Assembly: GCA_001816655.1 (NCBI GenBank)
Contig: MHCP01000014.1
Coordinates: forward strand, 27,068-91,067
Direction: 5' to 3'
Source of the DNA: Candidatus Woykebacteria bacterium RBG_13_40_15
GTDB lineage: Bacteria > Patescibacteriota > Microgenomatia > Woykebacterales > RBG-16-39-9b
DNA length: 64,000 nucleotides
The position numbers and the translations under genes are program-made. Below are positions 35,188-45,614 of the stretch, in pieces; within the stretch, counting starts at the first letter, position 1; each line of letters starts with the position of its first letter. Below the pieces are notes generated by a model. It was not told where the DNA came from. It was given only the letters and a program-made list of their open reading frames with translations, and made no database searches.

Positions 35188-36635
35188 GAACCTATTTAAC
35201 AACAATTGGGTTAGAGGTTCATGTACAACTAAAAACTGCTTCAAAAATGTTTTGCACCAATTCCGCTGAGTATTTTGGGGCACAACCAAACAGCCATGTT
35301 TGCCCAGTTTGTTTAGGACTGCCTGGAGCACTCCCTGTGGCAAATGAAAAAGCTATTGAGTCTGTGACTCGGTTTGCACTAGCTTTGAATTGCCGCATTA
35401 ACAAACAGAGCAAGTTTGATCGAAAGAATTACTTTTATCCCGATTTACCAAAAGGTTACCAGATATCTCAATTCGACTTACCAATTGGAGAACAAGGCTG
35501 GCTAGAGTTGGATGGTAAAAAAATCGGAATAACTAGAGTTCATCTTGAGGAAGATACAGGAAAACTCATACACGCAAATGTAAATGGGGAAAAAGTAAGC
35601 CTTATAGATTTTAACCGTTCTGGTGTCCCACTAATGGAAATAGTTACTGAGCCAGATATAGAAAGCCCTGAGGAAGCACGTTCCTTTTCAAAATTAATTC
35701 ACCAAATTGCACGATACTTAGAAGTTTCTAATGCAGACATGGAGAAGGCTGGGATGAGATTTGATGCCAATGTTTCTATACGTCCTAGAGGTGCTACCAA
35801 ACTTGGGAATAAGGTTGAAATAAAGAACATTAACTCCTTTAGATTTCTAGAAAAGGCCCTTGCTTATGAAATAGGACGACAAGTAGAGATTCTAGAGTCT
35901 GGTGGGAAAATTATTCAAGAGACGAGAGGTTGGGTGGAGTCAAAAAACGTTACAGTTTCTCAGCGAACAAAGGAAACCAGCCCCGATTATAGATATTTTC
36001 CAGAACCAGACTTACCACCTTTAGTTTTTGAACAGGCCCAAATTGAAGCTTTAAAAAACTCCCTACCCGAATTGCCGGCCGAAAAGAGCAAAAGATTCGA
36101 GGAAGAATATTCTCTGGATAAAAAATATGTTCGTATTTTGACTGAGGATAGTAATGTTGCTCAATGGTATGAAAAAGCACTGTCTTTGTACTCAAAAGAA
36201 AAATCAAAAATTCTTGCCAATTGGGTTGTCGAAGAATTATTAAGAATCATTCACGATAAAAATTTAATTATTAATGGGGTACCTATAGAACCGGCAGGTT
36301 TAATTGAGCTTTTAACAATTTTAGATAAGGGTGAAATAAATCAAACTACGGCTAGGAGGGTTTTAGTTCGTATGTTTGAAACAGGAAATTTGCCATCCCG
36401 AATTGTAAATGAAGAAAATTTGGCTCAGCTTTCAAAAAGTGAGGATTTGGAATCTGTGGTCGAGGAAATAATTCGGGAAAATCAGAAAGCTGTTAAGGAT
36501 TTTAAAAACGGAAAAGAAGCTTCAATTGGGTTCCTAGTTGGACAAATAATGAGTAAGACCAAAGGTCAAGCCAATCCAAAGACAGCAGAAACTTTGGTGA
36601 GGAAGAAAATTTATGGAAACCAAAGTGGAAGTTAA
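35184..36635 (+). CDS. gatB: Asp-tRNA(Asn)/Glu-tRNA(Gln) amidotransferase subunit B
   Basis: N-terminus TIGLEVHVQL and C-terminal YqeY-like domain. Confidence 0.9.
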   Translation: MRTYLTTIGLEVHVQLKTASKMFCTNSAEYFGAQPNSHVCPVCLGLPGALPVANEKAIESVTRFALALNCRINKQSKFDRKNYFYPDLPKGYQISQFDLPIGEQGWLELDGKKIGITRVHLEEDTGKLIHANVNGEKVSLIDFNRSGVPLMEIVTEPDIESPEEARSFSKLIHQIARYLEVSNADMEKAGMRFDANVSIRPRGATKLGNKVEIKNINSFRFLEKALAYEIGRQVEILESGGKIIQETRGWVESKNVTVSQRTKETSPDYRYFPEPDLPPLVFEQAQIEALKNSLPELPAEKSKRFEEEYSLDKKYVRILTEDSNVAQWYEKALSLYSKEKSKILANWVVEELLRIIHDKNLIINGVPIEPAGLIELLTILDKGEINQTTARRVLVRMFETGNLPSRIVNEENLAQLSKSEDLESVVEEIIRENQKAVKDFKNGKEASIGFLVGQIMSKTKGQANPKTAETLVRKKIYGNQSGS

Positions 36636-38409
36636 ATATACATTTGTTCAGAAAGATGGAGATCTTCAAAAAATTATCCCGGAGTTAGAGAGTGAACCAA
36701 TCATTGCTCTCGATACGGAAGGAAGCGATCTTGATCCCTACAAAGCTAGGCTTCTTTTGTTACAAATAGCGGTAAAAGATAAGACATATGTAATAGACTG
36801 TACGAAGGTAGATATCTCGCCGCTAAAAAATTTGCTTGAAGGAGAGCGGCCTCTAAAAATAGCCCAGAACTCAAAATTCGATTATGAACTACTAAGGGTA
36901 AAAGCGAATATTAAATTGGGAAATTTATTTGATACTATGCTGGCGGAAAGGATACTTACTTGTGGAGTTTCCCGAGAGATTTCCCTAAAGACCTTGGCGG
37001 CTAAATACCTAAATATGCAGATAGATAAGACTATAAGAGACACTTTCTCTGATCTTTCCAACCCTGCATTGAGAGGTAATTTTTCGAAGGGACAGTTAGA
37101 TTACGCTGCACGGGATGTCCAGGTTTTACTTGAAATTTTTAGCAAACAGTATAAGCAACTGAAGGACGATGAGCTAATAGAAACAGCAAAGCTAGAGTTT
37201 GCAGTAGTTCCAGTTGTTTCAGAAATGGAACTATACGGCTCCCTGATAGATAAAGAAAAATGGTCAGAACATATAAAAGAATTGAAGATAAAAAGAGACC
37301 AAATAAATAAGGAAATTCAAGATCAAATTAGGCACCTATCTCCGTACTCCCAGGTAGATCTTTTTGGTAACGTCAGTGATACAGTAAACCTTGATAGTCC
37401 TATCCAACTCTTGGAAATCTTTAAGAAATTGGGAGAAAATCTAGAAAATACAGCGGAGAGTACGCTACAAAAATCAACTCACGAACTTGCAAAAAAACTT
37501 CTTGAATATCGTGGTTATGAAAAAATGATTACGGCCTTTGGTCAAACCATTTTGGATAAGATAAATCCAATTACTGGCAGGCTCCATCCTGATTTTATTC
37601 AAATTGGAGCAGATACGGGTAGATTTGCTTGTAATAATCCTAATCTTCAGCAAATACCAGCCGACAGTGGATTTAGAAGCTGTTTTGTGGCAAAAAAAGG
37701 ATACAAATTGATAACGGCAGATTATTCTCAGATTGAACTTCGAATCATGGCAGAGGTTTCCGAGGATAATGCTTTTCTAGAGGCATTTGAAAAGGATTTA
37801 GACCTTCACTCCTTGACTGCCAGCCAGATGTTTAGAGTCCCATTGGAAAAAGTTGATAAAGATAAACGTTTTCAAGCAAAATCAATTAACTTTGGCCTGA
37901 TGTATGGTAGGGGACCTGCTTCTTTGGCAAATCAAATTGGACTGTCCGTTGAAGAAAGTAGGAAATTGTTAGACGTTTATTTTTCTAGCTACAAAAAAGT
38001 TAAAAGATGGCTTGATGTAGTTGGTAGGCAGGCTGTTCGTTATGGTTCGGTCCGGACACTTGGAGGCCGAAAAAGAGTTTTTATAATTCCAGAAAGGAAC
38101 CACCCTGATTATGATAAGCTTATTTCGTCAATCGAAAGACAGGGTAAAAATACACCAATACAAGGAACAAGTGCTGATATTACCAAGCACGCCCTAGTTT
38201 ATATTCACAGAGAGTTGGAAAAAAGAAATCTTGACGCGCATCTCATTCATACCGTTCACGATGAAATTGTTGTTGAGGCTAGGGATGATTCAACAAGTGA
38301 GGTTATGAAAATTATAGAACATAAAATGATCGAAGCTGGCGAAAAGCTTCTCAAAAGGGTTCCGGTAAAAGTAGATATTCATATTTCAGATTGCTGGGAA
38401 AAAGGCTAA
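36613..38409 (+). CDS. polA: DNA polymerase I, 3'-5' exonuclease plus polymerase domains only (no 5'-nuclease domain)
   Basis: Exo motif IALDTEGSDLDPY. Pol motifs RQAKSINFGLMYG (motif B type) and HDEIVVE. Confidence 0.85.
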   Translation: METKVEVKYTFVQKDGDLQKIIPELESEPIIALDTEGSDLDPYKARLLLLQIAVKDKTYVIDCTKVDISPLKNLLEGERPLKIAQNSKFDYELLRVKANIKLGNLFDTMLAERILTCGVSREISLKTLAAKYLNMQIDKTIRDTFSDLSNPALRGNFSKGQLDYAARDVQVLLEIFSKQYKQLKDDELIETAKLEFAVVPVVSEMELYGSLIDKEKWSEHIKELKIKRDQINKEIQDQIRHLSPYSQVDLFGNVSDTVNLDSPIQLLEIFKKLGENLENTAESTLQKSTHELAKKLLEYRGYEKMITAFGQTILDKINPITGRLHPDFIQIGADTGRFACNNPNLQQIPADSGFRSCFVAKKGYKLITADYSQIELRIMAEVSEDNAFLEAFEKDLDLHSLTASQMFRVPLEKVDKDKRFQAKSINFGLMYGRGPASLANQIGLSVEESRKLLDVYFSSYKKVKRWLDVVGRQAVRYGSVRTLGGRKRVFIIPERNHPDYDKLISSIERQGKNTPIQGTSADITKHALVYIHRELEKRNLDAHLIHTVHDEIVVEARDDSTSEVMKIIEHKMIEAGEKLLKRVPVKVDIHISDCWEKG

Positions 38410-38452
38410 TTTCCTTGCTACAAATTGCAGCCTTTAGTATAATAATTTATAC

Positions 38453-39442
38453 ATGGCTCCCTTGCCCAAAGAAATCAATAATTTAAAAGAAATACTAACA
38501 AAGATATTTATTCCTCACCATAAAAATAACCATAGGCCGTATGTGCTGCAGAGTAGTGGCTTAACTGTTTTTTTACTCGTTCTTCTTGTTGGGCAAGGCG
38601 TTGCTAATTTTCAATCAGGTAGCGTTAAAATACTTGGCTACGCTACTAATATTTCTCGATCGGAAATAATCCGTCTAACAAATATTGAACGGAGTAAAGC
38701 GGGGTTCCCTCAACTTTCAGAAAATTCTTCCCTTGATAAAGCAGCGACTTTTAAAGCCGGAGATATGTTTGCTAAAAATTATTGGGCTCATTATGCTCCG
38801 GATGGCACTAGCCCCTGGTACTTTTTCAATTTGGTTGGTTACCAGTATTCCACAGCAGGAGAAAACCTCGCTCGTGATTTTTCGACTTCTGGTGGGGTGG
38901 TGACAGCATGGATGGCAAGTCCTGGGCATAGGGCAAACATTTTACACGCAAGTTTTACGGAAATTGGTGTTGCTGTTGTAAATGGAAGTTTGCAAGGGGG
39001 AGAAACAACTTTAGTTGTCCAACTTTTTGGTAGGCCAGTAGCTTCTGCTGCGCCCTCAGCCTCTGCAAATCCCAGTCAACAGGGAACCTCGGCCCAATCT
39101 TCAATTCAAGGAACACCGTCGAAACTAGAGGCAAAATTACAGTTTCCCTCATCCACTAAAAGCGCGACAAGAACAGTTGCAGGAAATGTTGGCAGTGAAA
39201 GTACTCCTTTGTCTACACAGCAAGGGGGACAACCGATTTTATCAGTGTTTCAAAACGCGAGTTCTAGCCAGAAAGTTACACTTGCCCTGCTTTTGATAAT
39301 TTCAGTGTTTTTATTAATTGATTCGATCATTTTATATAGGAGAAGGCAGATGCGGGTGGGTAGCCACTCATTTGCGCATTTGTCAGTTTTATTAATACTT
39401 CTAGTTGTCTGCTTATTATATGGAAAAGGACTTATACTTTAA
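38453..39442 (+). CDS. CAP/SCP/PR-1 domain protein with C-terminal membrane anchor
   Basis: N-terminal signal/TM, CAP-like core (HYAPDGTS...GHRANILHASFTEIGVAVV), low-complexity linker, C-terminal TM. Confidence 0.55.
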   Translation: MAPLPKEINNLKEILTKIFIPHHKNNHRPYVLQSSGLTVFLLVLLVGQGVANFQSGSVKILGYATNISRSEIIRLTNIERSKAGFPQLSENSSLDKAATFKAGDMFAKNYWAHYAPDGTSPWYFFNLVGYQYSTAGENLARDFSTSGGVVTAWMASPGHRANILHASFTEIGVAVVNGSLQGGETTLVVQLFGRPVASAAPSASANPSQQGTSAQSSIQGTPSKLEAKLQFPSSTKSATRTVAGNVGSESTPLSTQQGGQPILSVFQNASSSQKVTLALLLIISVFLLIDSIILYRRRQMRVGSHSFAHLSVLLILLVVCLLYGKGLIL

Positions 39443-39706
39443 TTGGCATAAATACTATAGGGAGCATCTTTTGCAATATCTTTTGGTTGTTATAGTTTTT
39501 GTGTTTTCCTTGTTTTTGCTCCTGCAACTGAAGGATTTTTTATATAAATCTTTGGTCGTCGGCTTTCTCTCTATCTTTTACCTAACTTTTGGGATTTGGC
39601 ACCACTGGGAAGAAAAAAACCTCAGATTGGGTCACGTTTTGGAGTATTTGATAGTCTCCACTATTATTTTTGTTGTTTTATATTCCGTCTTTCTTTCTTA
39701 AAGCGA

Positions 39707-39735
39707 TTGACAAAATCGGTTTTTAACAATAGAAT
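39707..39735 (+). promoter_or_regulatory. sigma70-like promoter (TTGACA-17bp-TAGAAT) for rplS
   Basis: Consensus -35/-10 with a GGAG SD before the ATG at 39754. Confidence 0.4.
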
Positions 39736-39753
39736 CTTCTCTCGGAGCAGTTT

Positions 39754-40065
39754 ATGGAAAATAAAGATGAAGTACAAATATCTCCTGGCGATTTGATTCG
39801 GGTAGATGCCAAAGTCAAAGAAGGTGGGAAAGAAAGAATACAAAGCTTTGAAGGCACTATTATCTCTATTCGTGGCACAGGAGACTCCAAGACCTTTACT
39901 GTAAGAAAGATTGCAAGCGGTGGGATTGGTGTAGAGCGGATATGGCCATTGAACTCCCCTACGATTAGTAAAATAAAAGTTATTAAAAGCCGGAAGCAGA
40001 AAAAAGCAAAGTTATTTTACATTAGAGGACTTGCGGGTAAAGAAGCAACAGGTAAGTATTTATAG
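39754..40065 (+). CDS. rplS: 50S ribosomal protein L19
   Basis: IRVDAKVKEGGKERIQSFEGTIISIRG... Confidence 0.9.
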   Translation: MENKDEVQISPGDLIRVDAKVKEGGKERIQSFEGTIISIRGTGDSKTFTVRKIASGGIGVERIWPLNSPTISKIKVIKSRKQKKAKLFYIRGLAGKEATGKYL

Positions 40066-40070
40066 GCCTT

Positions 40071-40700
40071 ATGAAAATTAAAGCTACTTTCGAATTAGAA
40101 AGAGAGCTTTGGAAAAAAGGTATTGAGGCTATAGCCGGCATCGACGAGGTGGGAAGAGGTTCTTGGGCCGGGCCGGTTGTTGCCGCGGCAGTAGTTTTCC
40201 CTAAATTTTTTAAACCATCCTTTAATCTTTTTGATTCAAAAATGGTTACCCAGTCGGAAAGAGAAGAAATAGCTAAGAAAATCAAAGAAGTCTCAACGGT
40301 TGGGCTTGGAGTAATTGGGCTAGATTCGATTAACAAGTTGGGAATTGGGAAAGCAACTCAAAAAGCTTTCAAGGCAGCTATCAAATCTCTAGATATAGAG
40401 CCGCAACATTATCTGATTGATGCTTTTTACATTCGTGGTTGGAAAAAAGCAAATCAAACGGCCATGAAACATGGGGACCGTCTTTGTGCGTCAATTGCTG
40501 CCGCCTCAATAATCGCTAAGGTTTACAGAGATAATTTAATGGCGGGACTTGATCAAAAATATCCAGGGTACAATTTTGCAGCTCACAAGGGTTATGGTAC
40601 TACCGACCACCAAGAAGCAATAAGGCAACTTTTATTTTCACCCGTACACCGGAAATCTTTTAATTTGGTGCCGACTGTTTTTCCGGAGTTGCTTATTTAA
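40071..40700 (+). CDS. rnhB: ribonuclease HII
   Basis: GIDEVGRGSWAGPVVAAAV catalytic N-terminus. Confidence 0.85.
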   Translation: MKIKATFELERELWKKGIEAIAGIDEVGRGSWAGPVVAAAVVFPKFFKPSFNLFDSKMVTQSEREEIAKKIKEVSTVGLGVIGLDSINKLGIGKATQKAFKAAIKSLDIEPQHYLIDAFYIRGWKKANQTAMKHGDRLCASIAAASIIAKVYRDNLMAGLDQKYPGYNFAAHKGYGTTDHQEAIRQLLFSPVHRKSFNLVPTVFPELLI

Positions 40701-40705
40701 TCAAA

Positions 40706-41071
40706 ATGGGTAAAGAGAAAAAGGAATTAGGAAAAGTTGGCGAACAGTATGCGGCTGAACTGTTGAAAACTAAAGGTTACAAAATACTGCAAACAAATTT
40801 CCAGACCCGTTTAGGCGAGATTGATATCGTGGCAATTGATGGCGAAACTCTTGTTTTTGTCGAGGTAAAGACAAGAATTGGCCGCGTTTTTGGATTACCT
40901 GAAGAGGCAGTTGGATTCCGTAAGTTAAGATCAATTATAAAGGTCGGTGAAGTTTTTAGATTAAAAAATCAAAATCTTCCAGAGAGCGAGCGGATCGATG
41001 TGGCTGCAATTGAGCTAGATAATTCTGGTAAGGTCCTGAGGGAAGAATTAATTAAAAATGTTACTGGTTAG
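40706..41071 (+). CDS. yraN: YraN-family (UPF0102) endonuclease
   Basis: GEIDIVA...LVFVEVKTR PD-(D/E)xK-like motif. 121 aa. Canonical rnhB-yraN pairing. Confidence 0.75.
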   Translation: MGKEKKELGKVGEQYAAELLKTKGYKILQTNFQTRLGEIDIVAIDGETLVFVEVKTRIGRVFGLPEEAVGFRKLRSIIKVGEVFRLKNQNLPESERIDVAAIELDNSGKVLREELIKNVTG

Positions 41072-41152
41072 AGGTGAGGTGGCAGCTGCTCCGTAGGAAA
41101 CAACTGCCACATCTCCTTTCCTCGCTTTGAGTTGATTCTAGGCTTTGTACTT

Positions 41153-42121
41153 CTACCCTTCTTGTGGTTCATTCCTCCTTTCTCTATCTTGCTTCCAGAT
41201 TTGCTCAAGGTGCTGGTTGTAGATGCCGCCGTGTTCGGGAACAAGTTCGGCAATTGCCTTCCCTACAAGATCAACAAAGGCTTGACTTGGGGTGATGCCA
41301 TATTCTCTGGCTAGTCTTCGGCTCTCCTGGTCCAGCCAGTTTACAGGACGTGGTGGTCCAATCACCACTTTTACGTCTCTTCCGAACAACGGCCAGCGAG
41401 GCGGTTTGGATGTAGACCACACACCCTTTTGCGCCGCTCTTATACCGATTGGTACAACTGTATCGGCGCACCGAATAAGTCCGGCGGCGCCTGATTGGAT
41501 TCGTTTCATTTGGCCATCTAGGGCTCTTGCACCTTCTGGAAAGAGCATCAAGCCGTGTTGATTGATCTGTGCCTTGAGGGCCTTTAGGCACTCCTTGAGT
41601 ATTCTGGCTATTACTCGCTGCTCCTCGGGAGACCGTCCCTCGATCATGTCTGGAGGAACTATATTGATTCTGCCAGCAGATAGCAGCATTCTGCTGAGGA
41701 ACTTATCCCTGTTGAAGTACTTTGATCCGATCACGTAGATTAGGTTTTCTACAAATGATCGGAAGCCCTTGAACCAGAGAAATAGCTGGATCATTACCGT
41801 GTCCGCGCGGCTGGTGTGGTTGGAAGCAAGGACTACTCTCACACCATTCCCAAGACCCGAGAGGTTTTCCAACCCCTCAACCACCAAACGGCCGAATACC
41901 CAGTTCGGTATTCCGAAGCATACGATTGCCACCCATTTCCCGAACTGCCTTACAATCCAATTGTGAGGGTAAAATCCGGCAGGTTCGTCCATCGTGAAGT
42001 CGGCCGTTTTATCCTTGATTGGGTACGGTGTCCAAAGCAGGGAGGCTGCCAGAGCAATTATGAAGATAATTACAGCCGCAGCCAGAACTGCTAGAAGATC
42101 AAGAAAAACGTTAAAGAGCAT
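41153..42121 (-). CDS. lysophospholipid (1-acyl-sn-glycerol-3-phosphate) acyltransferase family protein, high-GC
   Basis: NHTSRAD (Hx4D) and FPEGAR motifs. N-terminal TM. GC much higher than neighbours. Confidence 0.65.
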   Translation of the reverse strand: MLFNVFLDLLAVLAAAVIIFIIALAASLLWTPYPIKDKTADFTMDEPAGFYPHNWIVRQFGKWVAIVCFGIPNWVFGRLVVEGLENLSGLGNGVRVVLASNHTSRADTVMIQLFLWFKGFRSFVENLIYVIGSKYFNRDKFLSRMLLSAGRINIVPPDMIEGRSPEEQRVIARILKECLKALKAQINQHGLMLFPEGARALDGQMKRIQSGAAGLIRCADTVVPIGIRAAQKGVWSTSKPPRWPLFGRDVKVVIGPPRPVNWLDQESRRLAREYGITPSQAFVDLVGKAIAELVPEHGGIYNQHLEQIWKQDRERRNEPQEG

Positions 42122-42267
42122 TGATCCTACCTCCCTTCAACCTAGTGTCAGGAGCTGCGGCTTATGGTTCTCTAGGTTGCTAGTTAGAGTATCATAAATA
42201 ATAACTATGGGCAAGGATATTAAAAATTGACTTTGTAAAGCTAGTATTAAATAATGGTTTTACTGTT

Positions 42268-42669
42268 ATGGAAAAAGACATGGTTGCAGGGTTGATTATT
42301 AAAAATAAAAAGGTGTTGCTGGTTCACAACACAAAGCATAATGGTTTAAGAATAGAACCTCCTGGCGGTAAGAAAAAAGCAGAAGAGGGCTGGAGGGATG
42401 CGGTTGTTAGAGAGGTGAGTGAAGAGTTAGGAGTAGAGGTTGATCCAGTAAAGTTTTTTGGTGCCTATAACACAAACTCGCCTGAAGGGAAATTCTCAGT
42501 TCACATGTATTTTTGCGATATAATTTCCGGCAAACTATCCGTCTTAGAGCCTAAAAAAATACCTAGCTTTGCCTGGTATAGTTATGACGAATTAGAGCAG
42601 TTGAGTAAATCTAAGATTTTAGTTCCAAATATGCGCCAAGCTCTCTCGGAGATTAGAAAATATCTTTAA
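42268..42669 (+). CDS. NUDIX hydrolase
   Basis: Nudix box GGKKKAEEGWRDAVVREVSEELGVE. Confidence 0.75.
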   Translation: MEKDMVAGLIIKNKKVLLVHNTKHNGLRIEPPGGKKKAEEGWRDAVVREVSEELGVEVDPVKFFGAYNTNSPEGKFSVHMYFCDIISGKLSVLEPKKIPSFAWYSYDELEQLSKSKILVPNMRQALSEIRKYL

Positions 42670-42683
42670 ATTCAGGGATTCCT

Positions 42684-43217
42684 ATGCAATTAGTTGACAC
42701 AAATTGGTATGTTGTAACTGGTGGACCGGGGTCTGGAAAAACTAAAACAATAGAATACCTCGCGTTTCTTGGCTATTCGACTGTTTCAGAAGCGGCAAGG
42801 AAATTGGTTGATCTAGAGATGAGTAAAGGGAAAACGGTTGAGGAAGTTAGGAGGAACGAAAAAAGGTTTCAAAGAAAAGTCTTAGCCATGAAAGTAGACG
42901 TCGAGGAAAAAATTCCGCCTGGGCAGATCACCTTTTTCGATAGGGGAATTCCCGACAGCCTTGCTTACTATAGACTTAGTAATATGGACGAAGCCGAAGT
43001 TGTAAATGCTTCTAAAAGGAAATATAAGGGCGTTTTCTTTTTGGATAGCCTTCCTTATGAAAAAGACTATGCAAGAATAGAGGACGAGAAAACGGCAAAA
43101 AAGTTGCATCAACTTCTTTACACGGCCTACACTAGGTTTGGATATAAAGTTATAAAAGTTCCGGTGATGCCGATAGATAAAAGGGCAAAATTTATTTTGA
43201 GTAAGATTTCCAAGTGA
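42684..43217 (+). CDS. P-loop NTPase (AAA_28/NadR-like predicted kinase/ATPase)
   Basis: Walker A VVTGGPGSGKTKT. 177 aa. Confidence 0.45.
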   Translation: MQLVDTNWYVVTGGPGSGKTKTIEYLAFLGYSTVSEAARKLVDLEMSKGKTVEEVRRNEKRFQRKVLAMKVDVEEKIPPGQITFFDRGIPDSLAYYRLSNMDEAEVVNASKRKYKGVFFLDSLPYEKDYARIEDEKTAKKLHQLLYTAYTRFGYKVIKVPVMPIDKRAKFILSKISK

Positions 43218-44180
43218 TTAGAGTTTTTCAATTGCTCGTATTTTTGCGCTTTGAGACCTTGGATTGCTAGAAGTTTCTTCGTTTGTTGGAAAAAGAGGCT
43301 TCTTAGTCAAAAGTTTTACTGTTGGCTGCTCTCGAAAATTGGCTGGTTGCGTGGCTTCCCTAAACGCATGTTTAACTATTCGATCCTCTAGGGAATGGAA
43401 AGTGATTACTACTAGTCTGCTACCGCTATTTAATCTATTTATCGCTTGCGGTACCATTTCTTCTAGGGCTTGCAGCTCTTGGTTTACTTCCATTCTGATT
43501 GCTCTAAAGACATTACTTGCATACTGCCCTTTCGGTTGGCTAAATCGGTACTTTGGTGGTGTTGCTGTTCTTATTATTGAAAGTAAGTCATTTGTTGTTT
43601 CTATTGGTTTGATAGTACGCTCCTTAACTATTTGTTGAGCAATTTTCGTTGAAAAAGGCTCTTCCCCATATCGGAAAAATATCTCTCGCAACTTAGCTTC
43701 TGGGTAGTTGTTAACAACGTCAAAGGCACTAAAGGGGCTTTCTTGATCCATTCTCATATCAAGGCGAGCATTTAGGTTTTCCTCTTTCTCGCTAGAACTA
43801 AAACCTCTGGAAGGACTCGTAAGTTGGTAACTAGAAACTCCTAAGTCGAGTAAGATCCCATCTACCTTTTCGATTTTTAAATTATCAAAAATTTTTCCAA
43901 GATCACGAAAGTTACCTTTAACAAAGGTTACTTGGTTTTCTGCAAAAGACAGGTTTTCTTTCGCTGCTTCCAAAGCTTGCGAATCTTGATCCATTCCAAT
44001 TAACCTTCCTTTTTCGCCAATTTTTTCTAAGATTAATTTAGCGTGGCCACCACTACCAATAGTTGCATCCATGTAAACACCACCCGGTTTTGGGCTAAGC
44101 AATTCTAAGACCTCTTTAGGCATTACAGGAGTGTGTTCGAATTTTACTTTGTCTATTTGATTCATTGTTTGAATTATCAA
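43218..44180 (-). CDS. rsmH: 16S rRNA (cytosine1402-N4)-methyltransferase RsmH (MraW)
   Basis: YMDATIGSGGHAKLILE SAM motif and DLGVSSYQL. Confidence 0.85.
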   Translation of the reverse strand: MIIQTMNQIDKVKFEHTPVMPKEVLELLSPKPGGVYMDATIGSGGHAKLILEKIGEKGRLIGMDQDSQALEAAKENLSFAENQVTFVKGNFRDLGKIFDNLKIEKVDGILLDLGVSSYQLTSPSRGFSSSEKEENLNARLDMRMDQESPFSAFDVVNNYPEAKLREIFFRYGEEPFSTKIAQQIVKERTIKPIETTNDLLSIIRTATPPKYRFSQPKGQYASNVFRAIRMEVNQELQALEEMVPQAINRLNSGSRLVVITFHSLEDRIVKHAFREATQPANFREQPTVKLLTKKPLFPTNEETSSNPRSQSAKIRAIEKL

Positions 44181-44217
44181 ACATTAATAAACAATAATTA
44201 ATTGCATTTGGTTTAAA

Positions 44218-44651
44218 CTAATTGGTTAGTATTCCTAGTATTCTTTCTGCTTCGTCTAGTTGTAGTTCCTTGTAGAGTGACTTTCGCTTAGTATCCAACT
44301 TCTTTGCTATTTCGTCAGTTTCTTCTCTCGGTACTAAGTGAAAATGGAGATGATTAACGTGAGTTCTACTGTTTTTAAAGTAAGGTTTGTAATTCTGTCT
44401 GATTTCAACTCCTTTGGAAAGCATATCTAAAATTTTCTTTTGATATTTTGATAGGAATTTAAAAATTTCTACAACCTCCTCGTTCCTTAGATCCGAAAGT
44501 ATCCGAATATGTCTACTAGGAATAATTAAAAGATGGCCTGGTGCAAGTCTTGGATCACTTAAAGTCACAAAGGAGTAACTGCCCTCTTCAACAGCACGTT
44601 TCTTTATTTCTCTCGAGCAAAAAGGACAAATTTCATCTATCACAATCATTG
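44218..44651 (-). CDS. HIT-family hydrolase
   Basis: Histidine triad HVNHLHFHLVP. Start trimmed to the ATG at 44651 so it does not overlap tRNA-Lys. Confidence 0.7.
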
Positions 44652-44664
44652 GTTTGTCAAATAC

Positions 44665-44739
44665 TGGTGAGCCCGGAGAGATTCGAACTCTCAACGCACA
44701 GCTTAAAAGGCTGTCGCTCTACCATTGAGCTACGGGCCC
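44665..44739 (-). tRNA. tRNA-Lys (anticodon TTT)
   Basis: Reverse complement GGGCCCGTAGCTCAATGGTAGAGCGACAGCCTTTTAAGCTGT...GAGTTCGAATCTCTCCGGGCTCACCA. Confidence 0.85.
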
Positions 44740-44786
44740 CAGCCCGCCAAGCAAGTCTAGCTTGCTAGGCGTTGCGGGCGGGCCCT

Positions 44787-45053
44787 TTAAGAACCCACCA
44801 CATCATTCAAAAAATTAGTAATCCTGTTCTTTAAGTATCTTCTGCCAAATCCTGTTTTGAAGTACTTTTCGCGTTTGACTGCGTCTGTTTCGTTTAAGCA
44901 GCACTCATAGTAAACAAGTTTGAGCGGTCTCCTTTTTCTAGTCGAGTTTACCGATCCATTATTGTGATCTTTAATCCGTGCTTTTAAATCCTTTGTAAAT
45001 CCAATATAAAATTTACCATCTTTTGAACTTAAAAGCACGTAGGTAAAGTACAT
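44787..45053 (-). CDS. GIY-YIG nuclease-domain protein (UPF0213-like)
   Basis: YFTYVLLSSKDGKFYIGFTKDLKARIKDHN...Y..TG. 88 aa. Confidence 0.75.
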   Translation of the reverse strand: MYFTYVLLSSKDGKFYIGFTKDLKARIKDHNNGSVNSTRKRRPLKLVYYECCLNETDAVKREKYFKTGFGRRYLKNRITNFLNDVVGS

Positions 45054-45141
45054 TGAAGAAGTATGATATCAAATTTAGCCTTAGGTTTCAATTTAGAGAA
45101 ATCTTTGACTTTTTTTACTAGGTTGCCCATAATTAATTTAG

Positions 45142-45582
45142 ATGGATAATCCTGCTTTAAAATCATCATCTTCGCCAGTCGATCTTAAGCTTCTTGCAAT
45201 TTTGATCGTTATATCACTAGCTCTCGCTGGCCTTTTGTACGCCTTTTTAGTAATTGATCAAGAATTGAATGTTCGGAAAGTGGCAAAAGTAAATAACACA
45301 ACAAGTAATAGCCAATCAAAGAAAACATATTTACAATCTTCCGAAGACCAGAAAAGAAAAAACGATATTTTTTCTATTAATTCAGCACTTAAAACTTACT
45401 TTTTGAAGAACCAATCCATACCAAAAAGTTTAAAGGAACTTTCGCCTGATTTCTTATCAAAAGTTCCGACTGATCCTGCTAATAATAAAGAATATAATTA
45501 TGTAGTTTCTTATGATGGGCTGAGTTGGTCGGTTTCAGCAACCCTTTCCGATAAAAGCACCTTCAACTTGAAAGGACCGTAA
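45142..45582 (+). CDS. membrane-anchored hypothetical protein (weak pseudopilin-like C-terminal region)
   Basis: Single N-terminal TM helix. No canonical prepilin cleavage motif. Confidence 0.3.
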   Translation: MDNPALKSSSSPVDLKLLAILIVISLALAGLLYAFLVIDQELNVRKVAKVNNTTSNSQSKKTYLQSSEDQKRKNDIFSINSALKTYFLKNQSIPKSLKELSPDFLSKVPTDPANNKEYNYVVSYDGLSWSVSATLSDKSTFNLKGP

Positions 45583-45614
45583 GGTGCCAAAGTAAAAAAA
45601 AATCAAAAAATTTA

